Shown here: in pieces, positions 31,363-39,546 of the stretch
How the letters are laid out: each line of letters begins with the position of its first letter
How positions within the stretch are numbered: position 1 is the first letter of the stretch
NCBI GenBank assembly: GCA_963707025.1
Contig: CAVPOM010000005.1
Coordinates: 32,001-96,000, forward strand
Reading direction: 5' to 3'
From: an uncultured Verrucomicrobiae bacterium
Lineage (GTDB): Bacteria; Verrucomicrobiota; Verrucomicrobiia; Limisphaerales; Palsa-1400
Length of the DNA stretch: 64,000 nt
The notes under the pieces: generated by a model
Told to the model about the DNA's origin: nothing
Database searches by the model: none
What the model saw: the letters and a program-made list of their open reading frames with translations, nothing else
Made by a program: the position numbers and the translations under genes

Positions 31363-33240
31363 TTATTTTCCTTCGAAATGCGCCTCGATTTCCTCGAGCG
31401 TCTTGCCTTTGGTCTCCGGCAGGAAGAACGCGGCGGTGATGAAATAAACGACGGTGCAGCCGGCGAAGATAAAGAACATGGCGGCGTAGCCGTGCTTGCC
31501 GACCATGGGCAGGAAGACGGCGGCGATGGTGGTGGCGACGGCTTGATTAATGAGCAGAGCGATGCTCATGCCGTTGGAGCGGATGCGGGTGGGCATCAAC
31601 TCGGAGAGGGCCAGCCAGACGCACACCCCGGGGCCGACGGCGAAGAAGGCCACGAAGACAAAGGAGCAGATGGCGACAAGCCAGCCGTTCTGCGCGCTGG
31701 GCACGGGGGTGATGAGGGCGTTCTCAATACGCAATGGCGCGGCGCGCGATTTTTCCAGGTTGGCAAACGGGTTCTTGAAGAAAGCTTCCACAGAGGTGGT
31801 CGGCAGGCTGGCATTGCGGCTGATGGAAACTTCCGCGCCGGCATCCGTGGACCGCACCACGGCGGAGGCGGAGGTGAAATCACCGCAGGAATAAATGACA
31901 CTGATGGTGACCGGCTGGCCGGTGTCGGCTTTGCCGCCAGCGCCGGAGCCGGCCAGCAATTCAGCGGCCTTGGCCCCGTCAAATACGAACTTAACGATCT
32001 GATCCTTGACGGGGACGGTGGTGCCATCCGACAGGACTTTCTCGCTGTCCACTTCTTTTACCAGGGCTTGCAGGGCGTCCTTGACGTCCACCCGCAATTT
32101 TTCGGTTTTGTTGAAAATCAAGCCGACGCAGATAAGAGAGACGATGATGCCGGCGCTGCCGAGGGAGAGCAGGAACTTGCGGCCCTTCCGGTCCACCAAG
32201 GCGATGGCGCCGATGGTCATAAGAAAGTTGACGGCGGTGAAGATGACGTAGCCCAGGTGCGCCTGTTGGTCGTTCAAGCCGGCCTGAATGAGGATGGTGG
32301 CGTTGTAGCCGATGATGGAGTTGATGCCGGTGGCCTGATTGCACGCCAGAATGATGCAGGCCATCACGAACGGAATGACGTATTTGCGGCGCAAAAGCGA
32401 TTCCCTGGCCTTGGCGCCGGGCGAAGCAACCCTGGCCTTTTCCGCAGCGGCCGTTTCTTCCATTTCCTTCAATTCCATGGCGGCCTGTTCCGGTGTGCGG
32501 GAACGGAGCAGGGCGGCGCGCGCGGCTTCGACCTCGCCGCGCCGATAGAACCAGCGCGGCGATTCGGCGACCAGCATACTGCCCAGGACAAAGAGGATTC
32601 CCGGCGGCAAGGAAACCCAGAAAATGCCGCGCCAGGCGGTGTCTTTGAAGGCATACAACCTGGCAAGATCACCGAGCTTGGCGATGTCGTCCACCTTGAG
32701 GCTGAAAAGATAGCCAATCACGGCCGCCGTCACGATGCCCAGCGTGAGCAGCCACTGGAAAACCGCCGTGCCCTTGCCGCGGTTGGCCGCGCCGAGACAC
32801 TCCGCCAGATATAACGGCACCACCACGCCAATCAGTCCGGCGCTCATCCCCTGCAATAATCGGCCTATGACCAGCGCATGAAAGCCATGCGCCAGCGCAA
32901 TCATCGGGATGCTGATCACAAAGAAAATGCCGCTCAACACCATCAGCTTCTTGCGCCCCATCAAATCGGCCAGCATGCCCGCGAACAAGGTCGAAATCAC
33001 GCTGCCCAGCAGCACGGCCGCCACGATGATGGAAAGCTGGCCGGCGTTGACGATCTGACCCGTGGCCGCGTCCTTGAAGGTGGCCTGCACATACGGCAGC
33101 GCCACGGCGATGATGCCGACGTCAATGCCGTAGAGCAGGCCGCCCAGGCCGGCGACCAGCAGGAGAAAACGGTTGTAGCCGGCCTGTTTGCTATTGGCGG
33201 TTGCCGAGTCGGTTGCGTTCATGTTGGTGGCCACATCCAT
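31363..33240 (-). CDS. MFS sugar porter with a large loop insertion
   Basis: GGLLYGID, DLMGRK, PLYLAE, AESPRW, NQATGINSI, VDRKGRK, GPGVCVW..LSELMP, LPETKGKTLEEI. Confidence 0.93.
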   Translation of the reverse strand: MDVATNMNATDSATANSKQAGYNRFLLLVAGLGGLLYGIDVGIIAVALPYVQATFKDAATGQIVNAGQLSIIVAAVLLGSVISTLFAGMLADLMGRKKLMVLSGIFFVISIPMIALAHGFHALVIGRLLQGMSAGLIGVVVPLYLAECLGAANRGKGTAVFQWLLTLGIVTAAVIGYLFSLKVDDIAKLGDLARLYAFKDTAWRGIFWVSLPPGILFVLGSMLVAESPRWFYRRGEVEAARAALLRSRTPEQAAMELKEMEETAAAEKARVASPGAKARESLLRRKYVIPFVMACIILACNQATGINSIIGYNATILIQAGLNDQQAHLGYVIFTAVNFLMTIGAIALVDRKGRKFLLSLGSAGIIVSLICVGLIFNKTEKLRVDVKDALQALVKEVDSEKVLSDGTTVPVKDQIVKFVFDGAKAAELLAGSGAGGKADTGQPVTISVIYSCGDFTSASAVVRSTDAGAEVSISRNASLPTTSVEAFFKNPFANLEKSRAAPLRIENALITPVPSAQNGWLVAICSFVFVAFFAVGPGVCVWLALSELMPTRIRSNGMSIALLINQAVATTIAAVFLPMVGKHGYAAMFFIFAGCTVVYFITAAFFLPETKGKTLEEIEAHFEGK

Positions 33241-33350
33241 GCCATACCCCCGCCCCAAATGCACTGAGTTTCTGCGCCAAGGGGCCGACTTATTGTGACG
33301 TAATTCGCCCCCACAGGCAAACCCAGGAATTTATCTTCCGCGGGTCGGGA

Positions 33351-33487
33351 GGCATTTCAGATTTTTGGGTTCCCCTCTTAATCTTGCTCCTAACCCTAAC
33401 CTTAATCGCATCGCCCTCCCCCATTCGGATTAAGAGCAAGATTAAGATTACGATTAAGAAAGAAAACCCACAAATGGGAAATGCACC
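33351..33487. mobile_element. MITE-like palindromic element with hexamer-repeat arms
   Basis: Imperfect terminal inverted repeats GCATTTC..ATTT..GGGTT / AACCC..AAAT..GAAATGC; inner TTAATC/GATTAA hexamer arms; flanked by CCGCGGGTC(G/A)GGA direct repeats at 33338-33350 and 33488-33500. Confidence 0.6.
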
Positions 33488-33608
33488 CCGCGGGTCAGGA
33501 TGCGGGGGTCGCGGAAGAGCGTGTTGATTGGTTCGAGGTTGTTGCCGCCTGTCGGCAAACCCTGGCCAACGCGTCCCACTCGCCGCATGGCGGGGAAAAC
33601 CGCCGCGC

Positions 33609-34376
33609 TCAATTATCGTCAAAGCCGCCGGAGATGTCGCCGCCGATGTTGGGTGCGCCGGTGTTGAATTGGCCGTTGCCTCCGTAAGTGAACCAATTGG
33701 GGTCATAAAGGCTGGCCGGGCCGTTTTGCCGAAATTTGACTTTCCAAGTGCGGACGTGGCAGTCGGCGTAAAGCGCGTTCTCCGTCGGCGCCACCAGGGG
33801 ATACATCACCGGATAAAGCCTGGCGTAATGAAAATCATACGCTTCATGGTAGATGACCTGGCTGGATGGCCGGGCGAAGTCCGACAGCTTGAGTCCGGGG
33901 TAATCCACCGAATCATTCCAGACCACGAACCGATAGTCATAGGAAACAAAGCTGTCCCTGGCAATCGTGGCGTAGCTGGCGGGGACCTGCTGGAGATCGC
34001 TGGGGCACCACAATGCCCTGTCGTTGCCAACGTTCAACAGGCTGATGACGCCGCCATACTCTTCTGTCTGACCAAAGGCTTGGGCCGCTCCCACAGCATC
34101 GCCCGCCGCGACCCCAAAACTCCGGGCGCTTGGCACCTGGTCGCCGTTGTCGTCCACGTAAATGCTCAGGGCCACCCCGATCTGCCTGAGGTTGTTGAGG
34201 CACGCCGTCGTTTTCGCCCTTTCCTTGGCCGCGGCCAAGCCGGGCAGGAGCAGCGCCGCCAAAATGGCGATGATCGCAATCACCACCAGCAGTTCGACCA
34301 GTGTGAACGCGCGTTGCCCGGCGGAAAGTCGCACGGACTTCGCGTGTTTCTTCAATGCGTTGCGCCGCTTCAGCAT
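33609..34376 (-). CDS. Prepilin-type N-terminal cleavage/methylation domain protein (DUF1559-like, degenerate H-X9-DG)
   Basis: [39 protein letters not shown]-terminal NALYADCHV. Confidence 0.9.
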   Translation of the reverse strand: MLKRRNALKKHAKSVRLSAGQRAFTLVELLVVIAIIAILAALLLPGLAAAKERAKTTACLNNLRQIGVALSIYVDDNGDQVPSARSFGVAAGDAVGAAQAFGQTEEYGGVISLLNVGNDRALWCPSDLQQVPASYATIARDSFVSYDYRFVVWNDSVDYPGLKLSDFARPSSQVIYHEAYDFHYARLYPVMYPLVAPTENALYADCHVRTWKVKFRQNGPASLYDPNWFTYGGNGQFNTGAPNIGGDISGGFDDN

Positions 34377-34631
34377 AAACCGCTCCTACATTAGCACATT
34401 TCAGCCAAGCGTCTAAATGGAATCTTTCGCCCGCGCCATCGCCCTGCCGCCGCTTCCAGCCGCGCGTCGCTTCGCTCCAGCGACATGGGCGCCGGCTGAT
34501 GAGAATCCGGCGCCGCTTCGCCCACAATCAAGCGAAAAGCTAAAATCCGAAGGAAAAAAGAAAAGGCTTTCCACGCTGTTTTCGGTGGAATAAAACATGC
34601 CGTCTTTGCGCTCGCTACAAATGGCCCGGTC

Positions 34632-34853
34632 TTCAATCCCGAAGGGATTGGATCATATAGCCCAGGGTTGGCCCGATTCCGAGGGCCTACCCTGGGTTAT
34701 TGCATGCAAGTTCCAATACCCTGAAGGGGTTGCCTCACAAAGGTTTACGAAACAGATTCAACCCATTCAGGGTAGTGGTTTATCGGTCTTTTCACCCAGC
34801 GTAGCTCGTGGCTCGCAACGCTGGGCTGATAGGTTCAATCCCGTTGGGATTGG
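34632..34853. repeat. BIME/REPIN-like mosaic of palindromes
   Basis: Both ends are TTCAATCCC-NNN-GGGATTGG. Inside are the inverted pairs CCCAGGGTTGGCC/GGCCTACCCTGGG, TACCCTGAAGGGGTTG/CAACCCATTCAGGGTA and CCCAGCGTAGC/GCAACGCTGGG. Confidence 0.75.
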
Positions 34854-34950
34854 CCAAACCGAATGAAACCTTTTTCAAGTGCGTCCGGTATTCCACCGAA
34901 AACAGCGAGGAACCAGAAAAGGCTTGAAAAGTGCTCCGAACCCCTTAGGC

Positions 34951-37377
34951 ATGTCCCAGTCGCTTTTGCACCCGACTGTGAAACAGAATGCATTCCAACC
35001 GAGCGCCGGTGAGCGCGGCATAACGCGATCTATCGCAGGGATGGCCCTGGCCGTCGCTTTGCTGACGGCGGCGGGCCGGGCGCCGGCAGCGGACAGCAAC
35101 GCCGTAACCACCCTCTCGGGACTGGCCGGCCAGATTGACGCGCACCTCGCCGAGCCGAAGTTTTCCGCCGCGACTTGGGCCATCAAAGTCGTCTCGCTCG
35201 ACTCCGGTCGCACGCTCTACGAAAATCACGCCGACCGGCTGATGAGTCCCGCCTCCAACAGCAAGCTCTACACCAGCGCCGTCGTGCTGGACCGCTTCGG
35301 CGGGGATTACCAGATCGCCACCCCGATTTTTGGGACGGCGCCGGTGGACGCCTCCGGCACACTGCCCGGCGACCTGATCATTTCCGGGCGCGGCGATCCG
35401 AGTTGGAACGCCCGGCGTTTGGGCACCAATTTTTGGGACATCTTCGAGCCTTTTGTGGCCGTGCTGACCAATGCCGGCCTCCGCAGAATCAGCGGCGACA
35501 TCGTGGGCGACGCGACCTATTTTCGCGGACCGCCAACTGGTTCGAGTTGGGAGATTGACGATTTGAGCGGGGGCGAGGCGGGTGAGATTTCCGCCCTCAC
35601 GCTCAACGACAATCTCACGCAAATCCGCGTCACGCCCGGCGCGGCGCCGGACGCGCCGTGTGTCATCGCGCCCTTGCATCCCGGCACCGGGCTGGTCTTC
35701 AGCAATCAAACCGTCACGGTCCCCGCCGGAAGACCCGGCCGCGTCCAAGCCTATCGCCCCCTCCATGGCGAGACCGTTTTCCTCATGGGTCAATTGCCGG
35801 TCGGGGCGGCCAGCGAGATGATTGATTTGGTGGTGCCGGTGCCGGCGGGATGGTTTGCCGCCGCGCTGAAGGTGGCGCTGGCGCATCACGGCATTATGGT
35901 TGACGGCCGGTCGCGCGGCGCGGCCTGGCCGCAGACGCCTTGGTGGAATCCCGCCGCGCTGGTCAAGATCGGCCAAGTGCTTTCGCCGCCGATGCGCGAG
36001 GTGGTGCGCCTGTTCATGAAACCATCGCAAAATCTCGAAGCCGACACCTTGCTGGCCGACGCCGGTGAATTCACGCGCCTTTCCAACGCGCCCCCGCGGC
36101 TGACTTCCGAAGACGCCGGCCTGGCCGCCCTGCGCGAATTTCTCGCGGCCGCCGGCGTGCCCGTTGGAGACGTGAAGTTCGATGAAGGCTCCGGCCTGTC
36201 GCGCAACAATCTGACCTCCGCCGACGCCACCGTGGCGCTGCTGCTGCACATGGCCCGGCATCGCGAGGCGCAGGCTTTCATGGATTCGCTGCCCGTCGCC
36301 GGAGTGGACGGCACGCTGCGCCGCCGTTTTATCGGCACCGTCGCCGCCGGCAATGTCCGCGCCAAAACCGGCACGCTCAAATGGTCGGCGGCGGTTTCGG
36401 GCTACGTGACCAACGCCGCCGGCGAGCGCCTGGTCTTCAGCATCATGCTCAATCGTTTCGCGGGCACGGCTGGCGACACCGCCCACCAGGAAATTGATCC
36501 GCTGGTGCTGATGCTGGCCAAATTTGCCGGGCGCACCGATGTTCCGCTGGCAACGCCCTACGAGCCGCTGGGCAAACTGCTCGTGCGCCAACTCGCCTCC
36601 GCGCCCTTCCCGCATCCGGCGCGCGCCGAGGGACACCGCTATCACGACGAGTTCTTCTCCGCCAAGGAACATTATTCCGACCGCACCGTGGCCTTCTTCA
36701 TTCCCAAGCACTTTCGCGAATCGGACAAGATTGATTTCGTCGTCCATTTTCACGGCTGGAACAACACGGTGGCCGGCGCGCTGGAGCAGTACCAATTGAT
36801 CGGGCAGTTTTGCGCCAGCGGAAAGAACGCCGTTTTGATCGTGCCGGAAGGCCCGCACAACGCGCCGGATTCTTTCGGTGGAAAACTGGAAGACACCAAC
36901 GGCTTCGCAAATTTCATGGCCGAAGCCGCCGCTAATTTGCGCGCCTCGGGCCTGCTGGCCCGGACCAATTTTGAAATCGGCAACCTCATCTTGTCCGGCC
37001 ACAGCGGCGGTTACCATGTCATGGCCGCGATTTTGGATCACGGCGGCCTGTCCGCGAAAATCAAGGAAGTCTGGCTCTTCGACGCCCTCTATGGCAACAC
37101 CGAGAATTTTGTGGCGTGGCAAAAAAACGAAAACGGCCGTCTCCTTGACATCTACACCGACCACGGCGGCACCAAAGACGAGACCGAGAAACTGATGGCG
37201 TCGTTCAAGAGCAGCGGCGTCCCCTTTTTGGCGGAGGAGGATTCGGCGGCAGCGGAGGAGGCTCTGCGGACCAACAAGCTGGTGTTTCTGCACACCGGCA
37301 TGGTCCACGATGACGTGGTGGCAAAACGGGCGACCTTCGCCCAGTTCCTCAAAACCAGCAGCCTGGAAAACAAATGA
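34951..37377 (+). CDS. dacB: D-Ala-D-Ala carboxypeptidase/endopeptidase (PBP4, peptidase S13) fused to a C-terminal alpha/beta-hydrolase domain
   Basis: PASNSK (SxxK), GRGDPS, PSQNL (SxN), EGSGLSRNN, LPVAGVDGTL, AKTGT; then HFHGWNN, LSGHSGG, LFDALYG in the same frame. The start could also be 35041. Confidence 0.88.
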   Translation: MSQSLLHPTVKQNAFQPSAGERGITRSIAGMALAVALLTAAGRAPAADSNAVTTLSGLAGQIDAHLAEPKFSAATWAIKVVSLDSGRTLYENHADRLMSPASNSKLYTSAVVLDRFGGDYQIATPIFGTAPVDASGTLPGDLIISGRGDPSWNARRLGTNFWDIFEPFVAVLTNAGLRRISGDIVGDATYFRGPPTGSSWEIDDLSGGEAGEISALTLNDNLTQIRVTPGAAPDAPCVIAPLHPGTGLVFSNQTVTVPAGRPGRVQAYRPLHGETVFLMGQLPVGAASEMIDLVVPVPAGWFAAALKVALAHHGIMVDGRSRGAAWPQTPWWNPAALVKIGQVLSPPMREVVRLFMKPSQNLEADTLLADAGEFTRLSNAPPRLTSEDAGLAALREFLAAAGVPVGDVKFDEGSGLSRNNLTSADATVALLLHMARHREAQAFMDSLPVAGVDGTLRRRFIGTVAAGNVRAKTGTLKWSAAVSGYVTNAAGERLVFSIMLNRFAGTAGDTAHQEIDPLVLMLAKFAGRTDVPLATPYEPLGKLLVRQLASAPFPHPARAEGHRYHDEFFSAKEHYSDRTVAFFIPKHFRESDKIDFVVHFHGWNNTVAGALEQYQLIGQFCASGKNAVLIVPEGPHNAPDSFGGKLEDTNGFANFMAEAAANLRASGLLARTNFEIGNLILSGHSGGYHVMAAILDHGGLSAKIKEVWLFDALYGNTENFVAWQKNENGRLLDIYTDHGGTKDETEKLMASFKSSGVPFLAEEDSAAAEEALRTNKLVFLHTGMVHDDVVAKRATFAQFLKTSSLENK

Positions 37378-37529
37378 GCGCACGGCTTACCGAGAGATGT
37401 TGTCAGGCTTCCTTTGGCCTGAATGCTTCAGCATGGCTCAGTGTATCCTCCCAATTGCCATCACCCCATTGGCCACGTTGCGAGTTTCAAAACTAATCGT
37501 CTCGGGTGTTACCTCTTGAATCCAAACCG

Positions 37530-38123
37530 ATGACCCCCCACAACGATTTTCTCCGCTTCTTCGATGTTTTGAAAAACAACCCGGCCCTGTTCACTGCGCG
37601 CAAGGAGGACGTGTACCGTCAAGGGCTGCCGCGCTGGATGTCGCTTCCGTACCGGTTCACCGGGGTCGGATCGGTTTTTACCGGTGCGCGCTGGAGCGTG
37701 AAGGAATTGATGCCAACCGTTTACGCGAGCACGGAACTGAGAACTCTCCTCGCCGAGGCTTACTACAAGGCCCGGCGTTACGGTTGGAGGCCTGCCCAGT
37801 TCCAACCGCAGTTGACGGTTCTTATGCACTGGGAACTTCAGAGTGTGGTGGATCTGACAAACGCCACCACCCGCAGAGCACTGAAAGTGACAAAAAACGC
37901 GATTGTGAGTTGTGACTGGTCTGCAGAACAGGCGAGCGGCACGGAGCCGGTGACGCAAGCCATTGCGCGGGCGGCGTTCGAGAATCTGGCTGAGGGCCTG
38001 GTTGTCCCATCAGCACGCCGCAAAGGCGGTGTGAACCTTGTGTATTATCCGACCCATCGGCGCGACGGCACGGTGATCCAGACGCTGAACGAGGCGAACA
38101 TTCCGGTTGTGCATGGATTATGA
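37530..38123 (+). CDS. RES-domain toxin (NAD+ phosphorylase-like)
   Basis: GARWS (R), YAS...LAEAY (E), VVDLT, TQAIARAA, GLVVPSAR (S), NLVYY. Confidence 0.85.
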   Translation: MTPHNDFLRFFDVLKNNPALFTARKEDVYRQGLPRWMSLPYRFTGVGSVFTGARWSVKELMPTVYASTELRTLLAEAYYKARRYGWRPAQFQPQLTVLMHWELQSVVDLTNATTRRALKVTKNAIVSCDWSAEQASGTEPVTQAIARAAFENLAEGLVVPSARRKGGVNLVYYPTHRRDGTVIQTLNEANIPVVHGL

Positions 38124-38196
38124 ACGATGAAAACATGCAGATCTGCCTGCATATCTGCTGGACAGGCTGTGCAGAATGGCGTAGAGTATTCCCGTT

Positions 38197-38835
38197 ATGA
38201 ACGACAAAACGGCGGGCAAAAATAAAGGTAAAGCCAAGTCTGTGCAGGTTCTCACAATTGGCGATCAGCAAGGTGGCCTGAAGCCAGTTCTTTCTGTCAA
38301 ACGCGGGAAACAATATTCTTTCGTGCCAAAGGCCCCTGCGGTTCATGGGAAACAGAAGGCGGCTTACACCTCGTATAGTCCTTCGGCTATACAAATCCAC
38401 GACGCCGGAATTGGAGCGGAATTCGCTGCTGCCCCCCCCACCGGATTGGAAACCACGCCGCTGGAAGACGAAACGGGACTGGCTGATCAACTGGTCTCAG
38501 AGGTTGCTCGTGACAGTGCCGACGTGAGGGCATTGTGCGAAACTTATAAACTCAAGCGGGAAGAGTTGGGACGGTTGACCGGCTTTTCACTGCGGGCGCT
38601 GGCCGAATGGGCTGCGGGCAAGTTGCCGAGCCAGCCAGCCCGGAGGCGTTTGCAGGAAGTGCGACGGCTGTTGGATGCGCTGGCTCAGATTGTGAAGCCC
38701 GAAAGCATTCCCCAATGGCTTCATCAACGCAACCCGGCGTTTGACCGGTTAAGTCCTCTACAGATAATCGAACTGGGCGAAATTGACCGCCTCTGGGCGA
38801 TGGTGCATGACCTGGCCTCCGGCCAGCCAGACTGA
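38197..38835 (+). CDS. Xre/MbcA/ParS-type antitoxin (HTH + DUF2384-like C-terminus)
   Basis: LKREELGRLTGFSLRALAEW HTH; WLHQRNPAFDRLSPLQII C-terminal motif; adjacent to the RES gene. Confidence 0.8.
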   Translation: MNDKTAGKNKGKAKSVQVLTIGDQQGGLKPVLSVKRGKQYSFVPKAPAVHGKQKAAYTSYSPSAIQIHDAGIGAEFAAAPPTGLETTPLEDETGLADQLVSEVARDSADVRALCETYKLKREELGRLTGFSLRALAEWAAGKLPSQPARRRLQEVRRLLDALAQIVKPESIPQWLHQRNPAFDRLSPLQIIELGEIDRLWAMVHDLASGQPD

Positions 38836-39213
38836 GCCTTTCCCTTTCCCAAAATCTGACCTTAATCCGTGTAAGCCGTGAAATCCTGCCGTGCTCCATC
38901 ACTCCACCACTCCATTCCGCCTCAGTTCAACGGGTCCCTAACGCTTTCTATCGGGTACACCCAACCCCCAGTTCGAAGCGAAGCAGGGAACTTTCATCTT
39001 TCTGACGCCATTTTTCTGACCATCGCCTTCCTTCTGAAAACGCAAGCGGCTTTCGGCTCAGCCAGGAAATTGGCCGTCCTGACATAATCCACAAGTCCCG
39101 TACCCACAATGATTTATGATTCTGTCCAGCCATGATTCTGTCTTTCCGCATGCTTTTGCCTTCCACCGCTTTCACTATTCACCATTCTAAATTCACAATT
39201 CTCCAATCCCGGC

Positions 39214-39242
39214 TTGACAAAAATTAGAACCTATGGTTGAAT
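39214..39242 (+). promoter_or_regulatory. Candidate sigma70 promoter
   Basis: TTGACA (39214-39219), 17-nt AT-rich spacer, TTGAAT (39237-39242). Confidence 0.4.
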
Positions 39243-39380
39243 TGTCAGCGTGAGAGACGTAGGCACAGACCAGCGCCGCTTCCGGGTGGAAGCGGCCAGC
39301 GCCGGCGCGGGGGGCGGGGAGAAACCCCCGGATCGTTGTCATGCTCGCCAACACCGAAATGGATGGCGGCCCCTTCGAGT

Positions 39381-39440
39381 TGATTTCACTTGGTTTCACC
39401 TAATTTCACCTGATTTCACCTGGTTTCAGCTAATTTCAGT
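39381..39440. repeat. Six tandem 10-bp repeats (TRRTTTCASY)
   Basis: TGATTTCACT TGGTTTCACC TAATTTCACC TGATTTCACC TGGTTTCAGC TAATTTCAGT. Confidence 0.9.
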
Positions 39441-39546
39441 TCCCGGCTATAGGGGGGGGCCACGCAACCAACCCCATTTCTCCTCAGTACCGATGACAAA
39501 TCCTCCAAGATTTTTTACCACGGATTCCAAGGATCACACGGTTTTT

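Noticed and set aside
34488..34540. CTGATGAG...GAAA hammerhead-like core
   Set aside because: Stem II cannot form directly after CUGAUGA; it is simply a GGCGCCGG/CCGGCGCC hairpin.
39381..39440. Possible CRISPR array
   Set aside because: Contiguous 10-bp units without spacers; no cas genes.
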